Source: Octopus sinensis
Lineage: Eukaryota
NCBI RefSeq assembly: GCF_006345805.1
Contig: NC_043000.1
Location: 133,920,001 to 133,984,000 of the forward strand
Direction: 5' to 3'
DNA: 64,000 bases
Of the stretch, positions 52,515 through 64,000 are shown in pieces. Each line of letters opens with the position of its first letter. The stretch's first letter is position 1. The translations under genes were made by a program, and so were the position numbers. The notes under the pieces are model-generated. The model was given only the letters and a program-made list of their open reading frames with translations. It searched no databases and was not told where the DNA came from.

Positions 52515-53705
52515 GTTGATGTACAAGCTAGTTTCTATGGCGTATGTGTTCTCCAGCTGGATGGAATGCCAGTCCATCGCAGCGTTACTCATTTTTGCCA
52601 GCTGAGTGGACTGGAGCAACGTGAAATGAAGTGTTTTGCTCAAGAACACAACACGTCGCCCGGTCCAGGAATCGAAACCACAATCTTACGATCATGATGC
52701 TGACATCCTAACCACTAAGCCACGCGCCTCCACTGTGCATATATGTATGTATGCGTATATACAATGGGCTGCTTTCAGTTTCTGTCTACCAAATCCACTC
52801 ACAAGGTTTTGGTTAGCCTAAGGTTATAATAGAAGACATTTGTCCAAGGTGCTACACAGTAGGATTGAACCCAGAACTAAGTGGTTGAGAAGCAAGCTTC
52901 TTACCACACAGCTACCCCTGTATCATTAGTTAGGTGTTGTGTTTAGAACTCCACAAATAGGTCTGAAATAAGCACTACAAAGCAACCCCAGTACATTCTT
53001 CTTTTAATTACTACATGAAAAGGGAGTCTTTCTAATGATCAAACTGCTCAATGGACTACAGAACACAACAGATGTTTAAAACACCATCATCATCTATCAA
53101 TCAATACGAGTTCAAATACTAATTGTAACCTGAGAATTCTCTATGTTCAAAGTTAATGTATATGTCCTACATGTACTAAATCACAAATTATCTTTCAAAG
53201 CAATATATCTCTACTTCATCTAGTTACTGCTTCAATCTGAAAATATCCCTCCAGGCTATGGACACTGCTCCTCCTTCTTAAGCATAGTATTAAAATAATA
53301 ATAAAAAAAGATTGTTGATACTGATCTGTCTACATGATATGATACATTTTTTGTGAAGGAATTACTGGAGAAAAGTATTTAAATCTGGCCTAAATATTTT
53401 AGCAGTGTCACACTGACAGGACTGTCTTTTATTATAGAACTAAAGAATGCCCTCATCATCCCATAATACATACAAATACACGCAGGATACGTTTCATTAA
53501 CTCAGATCAAATTTCTGCCAGTTTTATAGTTTTCTCTCAATAATTCAGTGAAAGCACTAATTTCATAGTTATTACAATTGTATGTTAAATATAAGGCGGC
53601 AAGCTGGCAGAATCGTTAGCACACTGGGCAAAATGCTTAGCAGTATTTTGTCTGTCTTTACGTTCTAAGTTCAAATTCCACTGAGGTGGACTTTGCCTTT
53701 CATCC

Positions 53706-53925
53706 TTCAAAACTTCCATGCTTCCTGAGATTCACCAACACTACACCTGATTTTCTCCCCTCCATACACACGCAAGCATGTATCTGACTCATACACTGTT
53801 CACTTTCCAGACATTTGTACATTACTGCATATGCTTTATATGCACTTTTGACAAGTTGTGGTGCACCTGAGCACTGTATACAATAATTTCATTATTATAT
53901 TATTATTATTATTATTATTATTATA
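53706..53925 (+). mobile_element. LINE 3' end fragment (CR1/L2-like) with (TAT)n tail
   Basis: FKTSMLPEIHQHYT* then GTGCACCTGAGCACTGTATACAA, also seen reversed at 388-437. Confidence 0.5.
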
Positions 53926-53967
53926 TAAATTCCTTTAAGTTTGTAATCATTTATAAACATGAACATA

Positions 53968-54372
53968 CAGGCGCAGGAGTGGCTGTGTGGTAAGTAGCTT
54001 TCTTACCAACCACATGGTTCCGGGTTCAGTCCCACTGCATGGCACCTTGGGCAAGTGTCTTCTACTATAGCCTCGGGCCGACCAAAGCCTTGTGAGTGGA
54101 TTTGGTAGATGGAAACTGCAAAGAAGCCCGTCGTATATATGTATGTATATATATATATGTGTGTGTGTGTGCGTGTATGTTTGTGTGTCTGTGTTTGTCC
54201 CTCTAGCATTGCTTGACAATCAATGCTGGTGTGTTTATGTCCCCATCACTTAGCGGTTCGGTAAAAAGAGACCGATAGAATAAGTACTGGGCTTACAAAG
54301 AATAAGTCCCGGCTCCAGCATGGCCGCAGTCAAATGACTGAAACAAGTAAAAGCGTAAAGAGTAAAAGAGTA
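53968..54372 (+). mobile_element. SINE family B, near full length
   Basis: GGCGCAGGAGTGGCTGTGTGGTAAG head, GGTTCAGTCCC B box, CORE-like motif, GTAAAAG tail. Confidence 0.87.
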
Positions 54373-54988
54373 ATACATTATAACTGAAGATGCTGGTGGA
54401 TCTATAGACAGATGCAAATTGCAAAGCCTTATTTCATCAGATGGGTTTACATCATATCACAAATTTGTGCTCTAATGGCAATGCTGGTAGTTGCATAAAC
54501 AACAGCTTAATAGAACTTACTAATTGTATTTGGCAATTACGCCTCATGAAGAAAGAATGCTAATGCCAAAAATCTTTGGTTTCTACAAGTGCAAATATCT
54601 AATAGTTTATTGAGTAAATTCCTGCTTGAATAATACCAATGAAATACGTTCTGTTACTGTTTCATCAAACTACCTCCTAAGCCTGTTGCTAAGGAATCAG
54701 GCAAATATTTCACTGCATTGGCCTCATGCGTAACCTAAGTCAGAAGTGATAGCTTTTAAATATGTCTTCATCAAAGATATAATTTCAATTTCAGTTTGTT
54801 TACATGAGATTCTATCTACGGTGGAGAATTACAGACATCTGCAAATCCGTTTTACATGGTTACAGTATATTTAATATATTAATGAATCTACAGCCAGATA
54901 GCCTGTGAAACCTAAGACCAAACAATGGTTTGATTTGGAACAAATTTTTAAAAATCAATACAAAATCTCTAGCTTTTCTTTTTCTGAA

Positions 54989-55330
54989 TTGGTGGTGGTG
55001 GTGGCAGTGGCTGTGGTGGTGGTGGTGGTAGTAGTGGTGGTTGTGGTAGTGGTGGTGGTGGTGGTGGTGGTGGTGGCGGCGGCGGCGGCGATAGCGGCAG
55101 TGGTGGCGATGGCGGCGGTGGTAGTGGCGGTGATGGTGATGGTGGTGGTGGTGGTGACGATGGTGGTGGTGGTGGTGGTGACGATGGTGGTGGTGGTGAC
55201 GGTCGTGGTGGTGACGGTGGTGGCGGTGACGGTGGTGGCGGTGGTGGTGGTGGTGGTGGTGGTGGTGGTGGCGGTGTTGGTGGCGGTGTTGGTGGCAGTG
55301 TTGATGGCGGTGGTAGAAATGGTTGTGGCA
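54989..55330. repeat. Degenerate (GGT)n microsatellite
   Basis: Directly visible. Confidence 0.95.
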
Positions 55331-55554
55331 GTGACTGTAACGGAAGTCAAAAAACAACATAACCAGACTATAAAATTTGTTTTTAGGATTCTAATTGAAT
55401 GGATGGAAATAAAATTGCAGAAATAAAATTGCAGTAGCACTCTTGATTAGTGACAGAAGAAACCAAGGCAACACTTCATAAAAAAATAATAACAAAATCA
55501 AAAAAAGAGACTTTCTTTGATTTCTGTATGTTGTAAATTGATACAATTCAGAAC

Positions 55555-55656
55555 TATCTGTCTGTCTGTCTCTCTATCTATTTACTTACCTATCTGTCTA
55601 TCTATCTGTCAGTTGTCTGTCTGTCTGTTTGTTTGTATGTCTATCTATCTGTCTTT

Positions 55657-55734
<78 letters not shown>

Positions 55735-55749
55735 TTATTTATTTATCTG

Positions 55750-55834
<85 letters not shown>

Positions 55835-55849
55835 TTATTTATTTATCTG

Positions 55850-55914
<65 letters not shown>

Positions 55915-55990
55915 TTATTTATTTATCTGTCTATCTATCTACCTATCTACCTATCTACCTACCTACATGCCTACCTATCCATCTGTCTTG

Positions 55991-56034
<44 letters not shown>

Positions 56035-56183
56035 TCCGCCGAGGTCGACTTTGCCTTTCATCCTTTCGGGGTCGATAAATTAAGTACCAGTTACGCACTG
56101 GGGTCGATGTAATCGACTTAATCCCTTTGTCTGTCCTTGTTTGTCCCCTCTGTGTTTGGCCCCTTGTGGGTAGTAAAGAAATA

Positions 56184-56242
<59 letters not shown>

Positions 56243-56385
56243 TTATTTATCTGTCTATCTATCTACCTATCTACCTATCTACCTACCTACATGCCTACCT
56301 ATCCATCTGTCTTGCTATCTATCTATCTATTTATCTATCTGTCAACTTACCTACCTATCTACCTAGCTACTTATCCACCTACATC
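55555..56385. repeat. (TATC)n field containing a 5'-truncated family A SINE at 56033-56183
   Basis: Directly visible; SINE core CATCCTTTCGGGGTCGATAAATTAAGTACC. Confidence 0.92.
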
Positions 56386-56856
56386 AATACCCCACATTAC
56401 AGAAAAGTTGCAGTCCTTAAAGCTTTAACATATGGAATTTCATAACATGACACATGTTTTCACATTGACCTCCTCATGATAAATTAAAATTCTCACGGAT
56501 TTTGACTGGTAAAGAAGTAATGCAATCACTTTAGGGCTCGAAAATAATACAGCGATACTTCACAGTACAAGTTTAGTTTGTTCCATGACCAAGCTCATCT
56601 TTCAATTTACTCATTTTATAAATCAATTTTCAACCTCAAGAGTATGCCCTGGCACTTGCCACCATCTGTACTTCTCTCTTCCTTTACTCAGCCATTCTGT
56701 TTATATTCTGATCCCCGTCCCTTGTGAGTATGCCCAGCATTTTGCTACCAACTCTATCCTGTTGTCTCCCACTCTGTCTCTCCTTCTGCACTTCCCTTAG
56801 GTTGGGTAACCGCGTTATTCCTTTGCAGTAGCACACCTGGTTCTGTCTTCATTCCT

Positions 56857-56922
<66 letters not shown>

Positions 56923-57669
56923 ACTCTCTCTCTCTCTCTCTCACTCACTCTCTCTCTCTCTATCGATCTATCGATCTATCTATCTATCTATCTATCTATT
57001 TATCTATTTATCTATCTATCTATCTATTTCTCTCTATCTCTCATTATCTGACTCAAGATCACCTCCTCCAATGCCTCCCCACTATTGAAGGTTTTTTTTT
57101 TGTCTTGCAAGTACCTGGTGACCCTATCAGTGCAGGTGCCACTTAAAAGCACCCAGTTCACATTCTAAAGTATTAGGTGCTCAGAAGAACATCCAGCTGT
57201 AAAAACTTTGCCAAACCTGACCTCGCCTGTGCTTGTGCCACATAAAAAGCACTAAGTCCACTCTGCTGAGTGGTTGTTGTTAGGAATGGCATCCAGCTGT
57301 AAGAATCCTGCCAAAAACAGTCACAGAAGTCTGGTGCAAGCTTCTGCCTGGCTGACTCTTGTGAAACTGCCCCACCCATGCTAGCATAGAAGCCAGACAT
57401 TAAACGATGATGATAATGATTAATGCGATAATAAAATTAACTAAAATATAATTAATCCATTCCAGCCCCCAGAAACCACTCGAAAATAATTTTTTATGAG
57501 TTTTAAAACAGTTAAGGTGTAGTTACAAGTAAAATGACAATTATAAAAAAGAGAATGCAAAAGAAATATGTAAACTGGTTTTATTAACTGAATTACCTTA
57601 AAGACGAGATGATTTGTGTGTGGGGAAGATGATGGGGCAGGGAAGAGGAGGAGGATTACTGTTTGCAAG

Positions 57670-58670
57670 GAGATTCTCCTTCCATTAAGACTTCAGGAAG
57701 AACAATTTCTGGCGCTTTCTCTTTCGCTCCACTTATAGGCTTTATGGACACACTTTCTTCACTTTTTACACTTGCAGGTTGTTTCATTAGAAGCATATCA
57801 AGAGAATTCTGCTTTTTTTCTGCCTTTCAAAATGTTACGAAAATGCACCAGAGCAGTGTCTTTAAATAAAGCAGCTGCATGGCCTGTAGCTGCTTTCTCA
57901 GGATGATATTTTTCAACAAATTCAGAAAAATACTACCTATTTCTTTACTACCCACAAGGGGCTAAACACAGAGAGGAGAAACAAGGACAGACAAACGGAT
58001 TAAGTCAATTATATTGACCCCAGTGCATAACTGGTACTTATTTAATCGACCCCAAAAGGATGAACGGCAAAGTCGACCTCAGCGGAATTTGAACTCAGAA
58101 CGTAGCGGCAGATGAAATAACGCTAAGCATTTCACTCGGCATGCTAACATTTCTGCCAGCTCGCCGCCTTAAAATACTAAAATACTTAAAATACGCCTTA
58201 GAAACATACTACCACCTTGCCAACACTGCTTTCATGTCACTCATAGAGATAGAATTCTCTGCTACACTGTCTTCCTCTGGGGAACCAATCTCTAGCACTG
58301 CATTCAAATGCTGCTGCTCCGGAAGCTGCAAGAGTCCATCTGTCATCAGCTCCTCTGAGTGATCCGTGATTAGATCATTAATGTCCCCATCATCAACCTC
58401 GATGCTCATAGACTTGCCAAAAGATACTATCTCTTCGACTACAAGTGTCTCAAACTCAAACCCCTCAGAGTCTCTTTTGGATATGCAGTCAGGCCACAGC
58501 TTCTTCAATGAAGAATTTAGCATTCTTCTCGTTACACCCTGCTTGGCCATATCGATGATTTTCAGGCAGTTTACATGTTCCAAAGTGCTTGAAGGGTTAG
58601 ATTTGTATTTTTGGTGTCTTCACCTGTTCTAGAACAGGTGTTCAGTGTACAATTTCTTAAAATTAAAAAT
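57670..58670 (-). pseudogene. Tigger/pogo transposase C-terminal remnant, interrupted by a SINE at 57932-58170
   Basis: VIFNFKKLYTEHLF, CLKIIDMAKQGVTRRMLNSSLKKLWPD...VVEEIVSFGKSMSIEVDDGDINDLI, EFVEKYHPEKAATGHAAALFKDTALVHFRNILKGR. Confidence 0.85.
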
Positions 58671-58998
58671 CACACAAAGACGATGTTGGACAAGAAACTT
58701 GTACATAGCCATTGAGAATTAAAAGTCAAAAAATTTCTCGTCAAATATATGCTATTTCTAAAATAGATAATTAATTTTTGAAACATGTAACATAATTTTG
58801 GCTTTAAAAATTATTTAGATTTATTTGAATTTCCATCAGGGTGGAATTAAAGTTATATTCTGAAATTTGTAGAAATGCTTTACAAATTCCAACCATTTGG
58901 AATTGTTTATTTAATCAAATTTTTTGAAATGCAGGAGATACCAGTATATATATCTTACCCTATATCTCTGTCTTTATTTCACTCTTTTTCTCTTTCTC

Positions 58999-59034
<36 letters not shown>

Positions 59035-59497
59035 ATGCATGCATGCATGTGTGCGTGTGCCTGCACATTTAATATTTTGATTTAAACTTCTGAATTTTGA
59101 TATCTACAAGGTCAACATGCCCAAGAGGGAATTCCAGAGAGTTTAAGGAGAAAGAATAGAAAAAAATATGTAGAGTTTTTGTAGTGAGACAGAGTCATAA
59201 TCATCATCATTATCATTTAGCATCCAGTCTTCCAGCCTCACATGGATCATAAAATTTGTTAAGGCATATTATCTACAGCTGGATGTCCTTTCTGTCACCA
59301 GCTCTCACCTGTTTCCAAGCAAGGTAATATTTACAACATCTTCCCTGTAGCTAGCTAGACATGTTTCCATGTTTCCCCAGAAGACTGGAAACCAACAACT
59401 TCACTTGTATGATGGTGATGATATTCATTTACAACCACCATGTGATATCTTGACAAGGGTACACAAAAACACAGACACATACATACATGCATACACT

Positions 59498-59561
<64 letters not shown>

Positions 59562-59564
<3 letters not shown>

Positions 59565-59976
59565 CTGATTGTTGCATCTGTTCTATGTGTGAACAAGATT
59601 TTAACTTCTATGTTGTTGATTGAAACGGCACAGAGCATAGGAGAGTGGGTAAACGAACATTGGAGAGAACTTAAGGAAGGAAAGAGCTCCTCAGTTCTGT
59701 ACCAACACACCGAGCAGGAACACGGGGGCTCAATCAACAACATAGAAGTTAAAATCTTGTCCACACATAGAACACACGCAACAATCAGACAAATTACAGA
59801 AGCTAGACACATAATAGAAGATAAACCTAGCCTGAATAGGAAACTGGAATGGAACACTAGCACACCAAATATATAGTGCATGTGTTTTTATTGGCTAGAC
59901 TGGTAAAATGACCATTCCTAAATACAACAATATCTGTTTCAACACACGATTTCACATAAAAAATCTAGCAAAACAA
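59562..59976 (+). mobile_element. Penelope-like fragment: GIY-YIG C-terminal part with inverted 5' segment
   Basis: ETAQSIGEWVNEHWRELKEGKSSSVLYQH...VKIL...RQITEARHIIEDKPSLNRKLEW; 59562-59623 is the reverse complement of 59730-59791; duplicated at about 61383-61797. Confidence 0.8.
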
Positions 59977-60076
59977 ATATATATATATATATGCATATAT
60001 ATATACACACATATACATACACATATACATATATATATACATGTGTGTTTGTGTGTGTGTGTGTGTGTGTGGTGTG

Positions 60077-60110
<34 letters not shown>

Positions 60111-60630
60111 GTGTGTGTGTGTGTATGTAAAATGATAGGGTGCTGAACAGTTCCTGGCTTTAAGGGTATCGCAAAAGGTCTGGTTAAAAGCCCAACCTTT
60201 CAACTTTTACAGGAATTAAAAAAAACTGAAGGACTGCTGCAATAAGAGTGTGAATCTAAGAGGGGAATATGTTGGCTAAAATTTTAATTAACTGATCCTC
60301 TTGTATTTTCTTTTACCCAAAGCCAGGAACTATATATATATATATATATTTATATTATATAAATAAGGATAAGAGTGTCCAGCATGGGAATAAAAACCTT
60401 CAAAGGTAGTAATTATTATTGTGTATATTCCACTCATAAGGCAAAGCATTTCTTATGCAGAGCCAGAAATCTGGGATCTGGAATTATCCAGTTATTTTTT
60501 GCAGTTTATTTTGTCCTTTTGTCTTCTCTCCTGGTGCTGTATGAACATATAATGTGGTTTTAGAAACAAGTTTTGGCTGCTATTTCCAGTGTGGTAGTAT
60601 CTCTTAGATACCCTAAATTATAATTTTATA

Positions 60631-60715
<85 letters not shown>

Positions 60716-61235
60716 ATATATATATATAATTTTATATATATCATCTTCTTCTTCTTCTTCTTCTCTTCTTCTTCTTCTCTTCTTCTTCTTCTTCTTCTTC
60801 TTCTTCTTCTTCTTCTTCTTCTTCTTCTTCATCATCATCAACATCGTCATCATCATCATCATCATCATCTTCTTCTTCTGCTCCACCTTCTACTTCTTAA
60901 CTATATCACTAATGCTTTTTAGTATAACACCTACGCAAATTCCATAAACAAACCTTTCAATAGAAATATTCTCCTGAATTGAACTGCAACAGCTAGCCTC
61001 CACTGACCATTCAAAATCAAAGCACTCCCAAATTTTTCCACCCCTTCTCCTCATCATCCTTCTTTTTCTTCTACCCTACCAAGAGTTCACAAGGACCTCA
61101 AACACACAAGTGCAAACAAGAGAGACAGAGAAAGGCAGAAACAAGGAAAATGCCACTTATATTTGAACACTATACAAATATTCCTTTAAAAAAACTTTTC
61201 TTTTAATTTTTCTAAATTTAATTATTTAATCGTTA

Positions 61236-61273
61236 CAGTTGAAAAGGTCTCAAAATGACCAAAACAGGTACTG
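61236..61273 (+). ncRNA. Strongly degenerate hammerhead-like motif (copy at 63062-63099)
   Basis: CAG-TTGAAAA-GGTC-TCAAAAT-GACC-AAAAC-AGGTA-CTG: stems I and II intact, core boxes mutated. Confidence 0.45.
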
Positions 61274-61863
61274 AAATGTTCTTTATAAAATTATTTTAGC
61301 ATTTTCTATCTTGACTTGTTTTTTCATATATATCAACTCGTGTGTTCCTTTTCACCCATATATATATATGTGTGTGTGTGTGTGTCTGATTGTTGCATCT
61401 GTTCTATGTGTGAACAAGATTTTAACTTCTATGTTGTTGATTGAAACGGCACAGAGCATAGGAGAGTGGGTAAACGAACATTGGAGAGAACTTAAGGAAG
61501 GAAAGAGCTCCTCAGTTCTGTACCAACACACCGAGCAGGAACACGGGGGCTCAATCAACAACATAGAAGTTAAAATCTTGTCCACACATAGAACACACGC
61601 AACAATCAGACAAATTACAGAAGCTAGACACATAATAGAAGATAAACCTAGCCTGAATAGGAAACTGGAATGGAACACTAGCACACCAAATATATAGTGC
61701 ATGTGTTTTTATTGGCTAGACTGGTAAAATGACCATTCCTAAATACAACAATATCTGTTTCAACACACGATTTCACATAAAAAATCTAGCAAAACAAATA
61801 TATATATATATATGCATATATATATACACACATATACATACACATATACATATATATATACAT

Positions 61864-61953
<90 letters not shown>

Positions 61954-62155
61954 AAAATGATAGGGTGCTGAACAGTTCCTGGCTTTAAGGGTATCGCAAA
62001 AGGTCTGGTTAAAAGCCCAACCTTTCAACTTTTACAGGAATTAAAAAAAACTGAAGGACTGCTGCAATAAGAGTGTGAATCTAAGAGGGGAATATGTTGG
62101 CTAAAATTTTAATTAACTGATCCTCTTGTATTTTCTTTTACCCAAAGCCAGGAAC

Positions 62156-62187
<32 letters not shown>

Positions 62188-62456
62188 AATAAGGATAAGA
62201 GTGTCCAGCATGGGAATAAAAACCTTCAAAGGTAGTAATTATTATTGTGTATATTCCACTCATAAGGCAAAGCATTTCTTATGCAGAGCCAGAAATCTGG
62301 GATCTGGAATTATCCAGTTATTTTTTGCAGTTTATTTTGTCCTTTTGTCTTCTCTCCTGGTGCTGTATGAACATATAATGTGGTTTTAGAAACAAGTTTT
62401 GGCTGCTATTTCCAGTGTGGTAGTATCTCTTAGATACCCTAAATTATAATTTTATA

Positions 62457-62543
<87 letters not shown>

Positions 62544-63207
62544 ATATATATATATAATTTTATATATATCATCTTCTTCTTCTTCTTTCTTCTTCTTCTT
62601 CTTCTCCTTCTCCTTCTTCTTCTTCTTCTTCTTCTTCTTCTTTCTTCTTCTTCTTCATCATCATCAACATCGTCATCATCATCATCATCATCATCTTCTT
62701 CTTCTGCTCCACCTTCTACTTCTTAACTATATCACTAATGCTTTTTAGTATAACACCTACGCAAATTCCATAAACAAACCTTTCAATAGAAATATTCTCC
62801 TGAATTGAACTGCAACAGCTAGCCTCCACTGACCATTCAAAATCAAGGCACTCCCAAATTTTTCCACCCCTTCTCCTCATCATCCTTCTTTTTCTTCTAC
62901 CCTACCAAGAGTTCACAAGGACCTCAAACACACAAGTGCAAACAAGAGAGACAGAGAAAGGCAGAAACAAGGAAAATGCCACTTATATTTGAACACTATA
63001 CAAATATTCCTTTAAAAAAACTTTTCTTTTAATTTTTCTAAATTTAATTATTTAATCGTTACAGTTGAAAAGGTCTCAAAATGACCAAAACAGGTACTGA
63101 AATGTTCTTTATAAAATTATTTTAGCATTTTCTATCTTGACTTGTTTTTTCATATATATCAACTCGTGTGTTCCTTTTCACCCATATATATATATGTGTG
63201 TGTGTGT

Positions 63208-63256
<49 letters not shown>

Positions 63257-64000
63257 TTATGTATGTATGTATGTATGTATGTATGCATGCATGCATGAGA
63301 TAGGCTGCTCTCAGTTTCTGACAACCAAATCCACTCAGGTTTTGATTGGCCCAGAGCTAAAGTAGCTTGCTCAAAAGTGTCTTTTGCTTTAGTAGAACCC
63401 AAAACTATATTGCTGGGTTAAAAAGCAGGTTTTTTAGCCATGCAGCCACACCTATGCTTTGGCCATGCTTTCACCTGGATAATAATAGGAGAGTAGGCTG
63501 TAGTTTGAAACTTGATAGTTCAGAGAAGTGGGCGGCATCTTGACAGCTTAGAAGAAATAGACAAAATGGGACACCTGTGAGTTGTCAAGTCAGGGAGTGC
63601 ATATTTGTTAATCATTCAGGGCATTTTTATACTGTCTCTCATACTTGTGGGGGTGTGACAGCAGCAATATCTCATATAGGATTGATTTGGATTAATTCTC
63701 AGGTCATGATCATATGAAAATGATTGTAAAGAACCAACTTTGACCATCTCCTGGTTTTACACTACCACTTGACCCTTGGGTGGCCTTAGCAGTATTTACT
63801 CTTTTGCAAGCATTTGGACACTGTAAATTTGTTGGTGAATAAATAAATATGTTTTAGTCAACCTTGCTGCAAAATAGGACAGAGACATAAATTCCATGAA
63901 AGTAAATCTAATACTGGGGTTCTGCCATTTCCCCACCAATAAAATTTCATCTTAACCTCTTATATCTACCTGGGTGGTGGTACCATGTAAAAAGCACTAG

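Larger units (their letters stand above)
59530..63190 (+). repeat. Tandem duplication, two near-identical units of about 1.82 kb
   Basis: Offset 1821-1826; junction in (TA)n(TG)n near 61358; differences mostly in microsatellite lengths. Confidence 0.95.

Noticed and set aside
54860-55440. 160-173 aa His-, Val- or Thr-rich ORFs
   Set aside because: Degenerate (GGT)n microsatellite open in several frames
55517-56445. LSIY-repeat ORFs up to 188 aa
   Set aside because: (TATC)n microsatellite translations

Overview
Eukaryotic, AT-rich, repeat-dominated genomic DNA with no prokaryotic features. The repeat families (tRNA-headed SINEs, an RTE LINE with (GAT)n tail, abundant TA/CA/CATA/TATC/TAA microsatellites) suggest a coleoid cephalopod, probably Octopus (inference from family recognition, not a database search). 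I find no confidently identifiable intact host gene, and most ORFs in the track are microsatellite or repeat artefacts. Recognisable content: a 5'-truncated RTE LINE with RT and PHD-like finger (43888-46208) plus many 3' fragments; an RT-less Gypsy LTR element with both LTRs and a 5-bp TSD nested in a SINE (13954-17205); R4/Dong-type endonuclease fragments at (TAA)n tracts; Penelope-like fragments with GIY-YIG sequence and degenerate hammerhead ribozymes; mariner, Tigger and hAT derivatives. The most unusual structures are a 725-bp long-TIR element flanked by a 96-bp direct repeat (1447-2363), a near-perfect 552-bp-arm palindrome next to a Dong-type insertion (18495-19629), a unique CpG-rich island with an ORF and splice donors (34879-35220), and a 1.82-kb tandem duplication (about 59530-63190). 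All coordinates were read by eye, so edges of degraded repeats are approximate.
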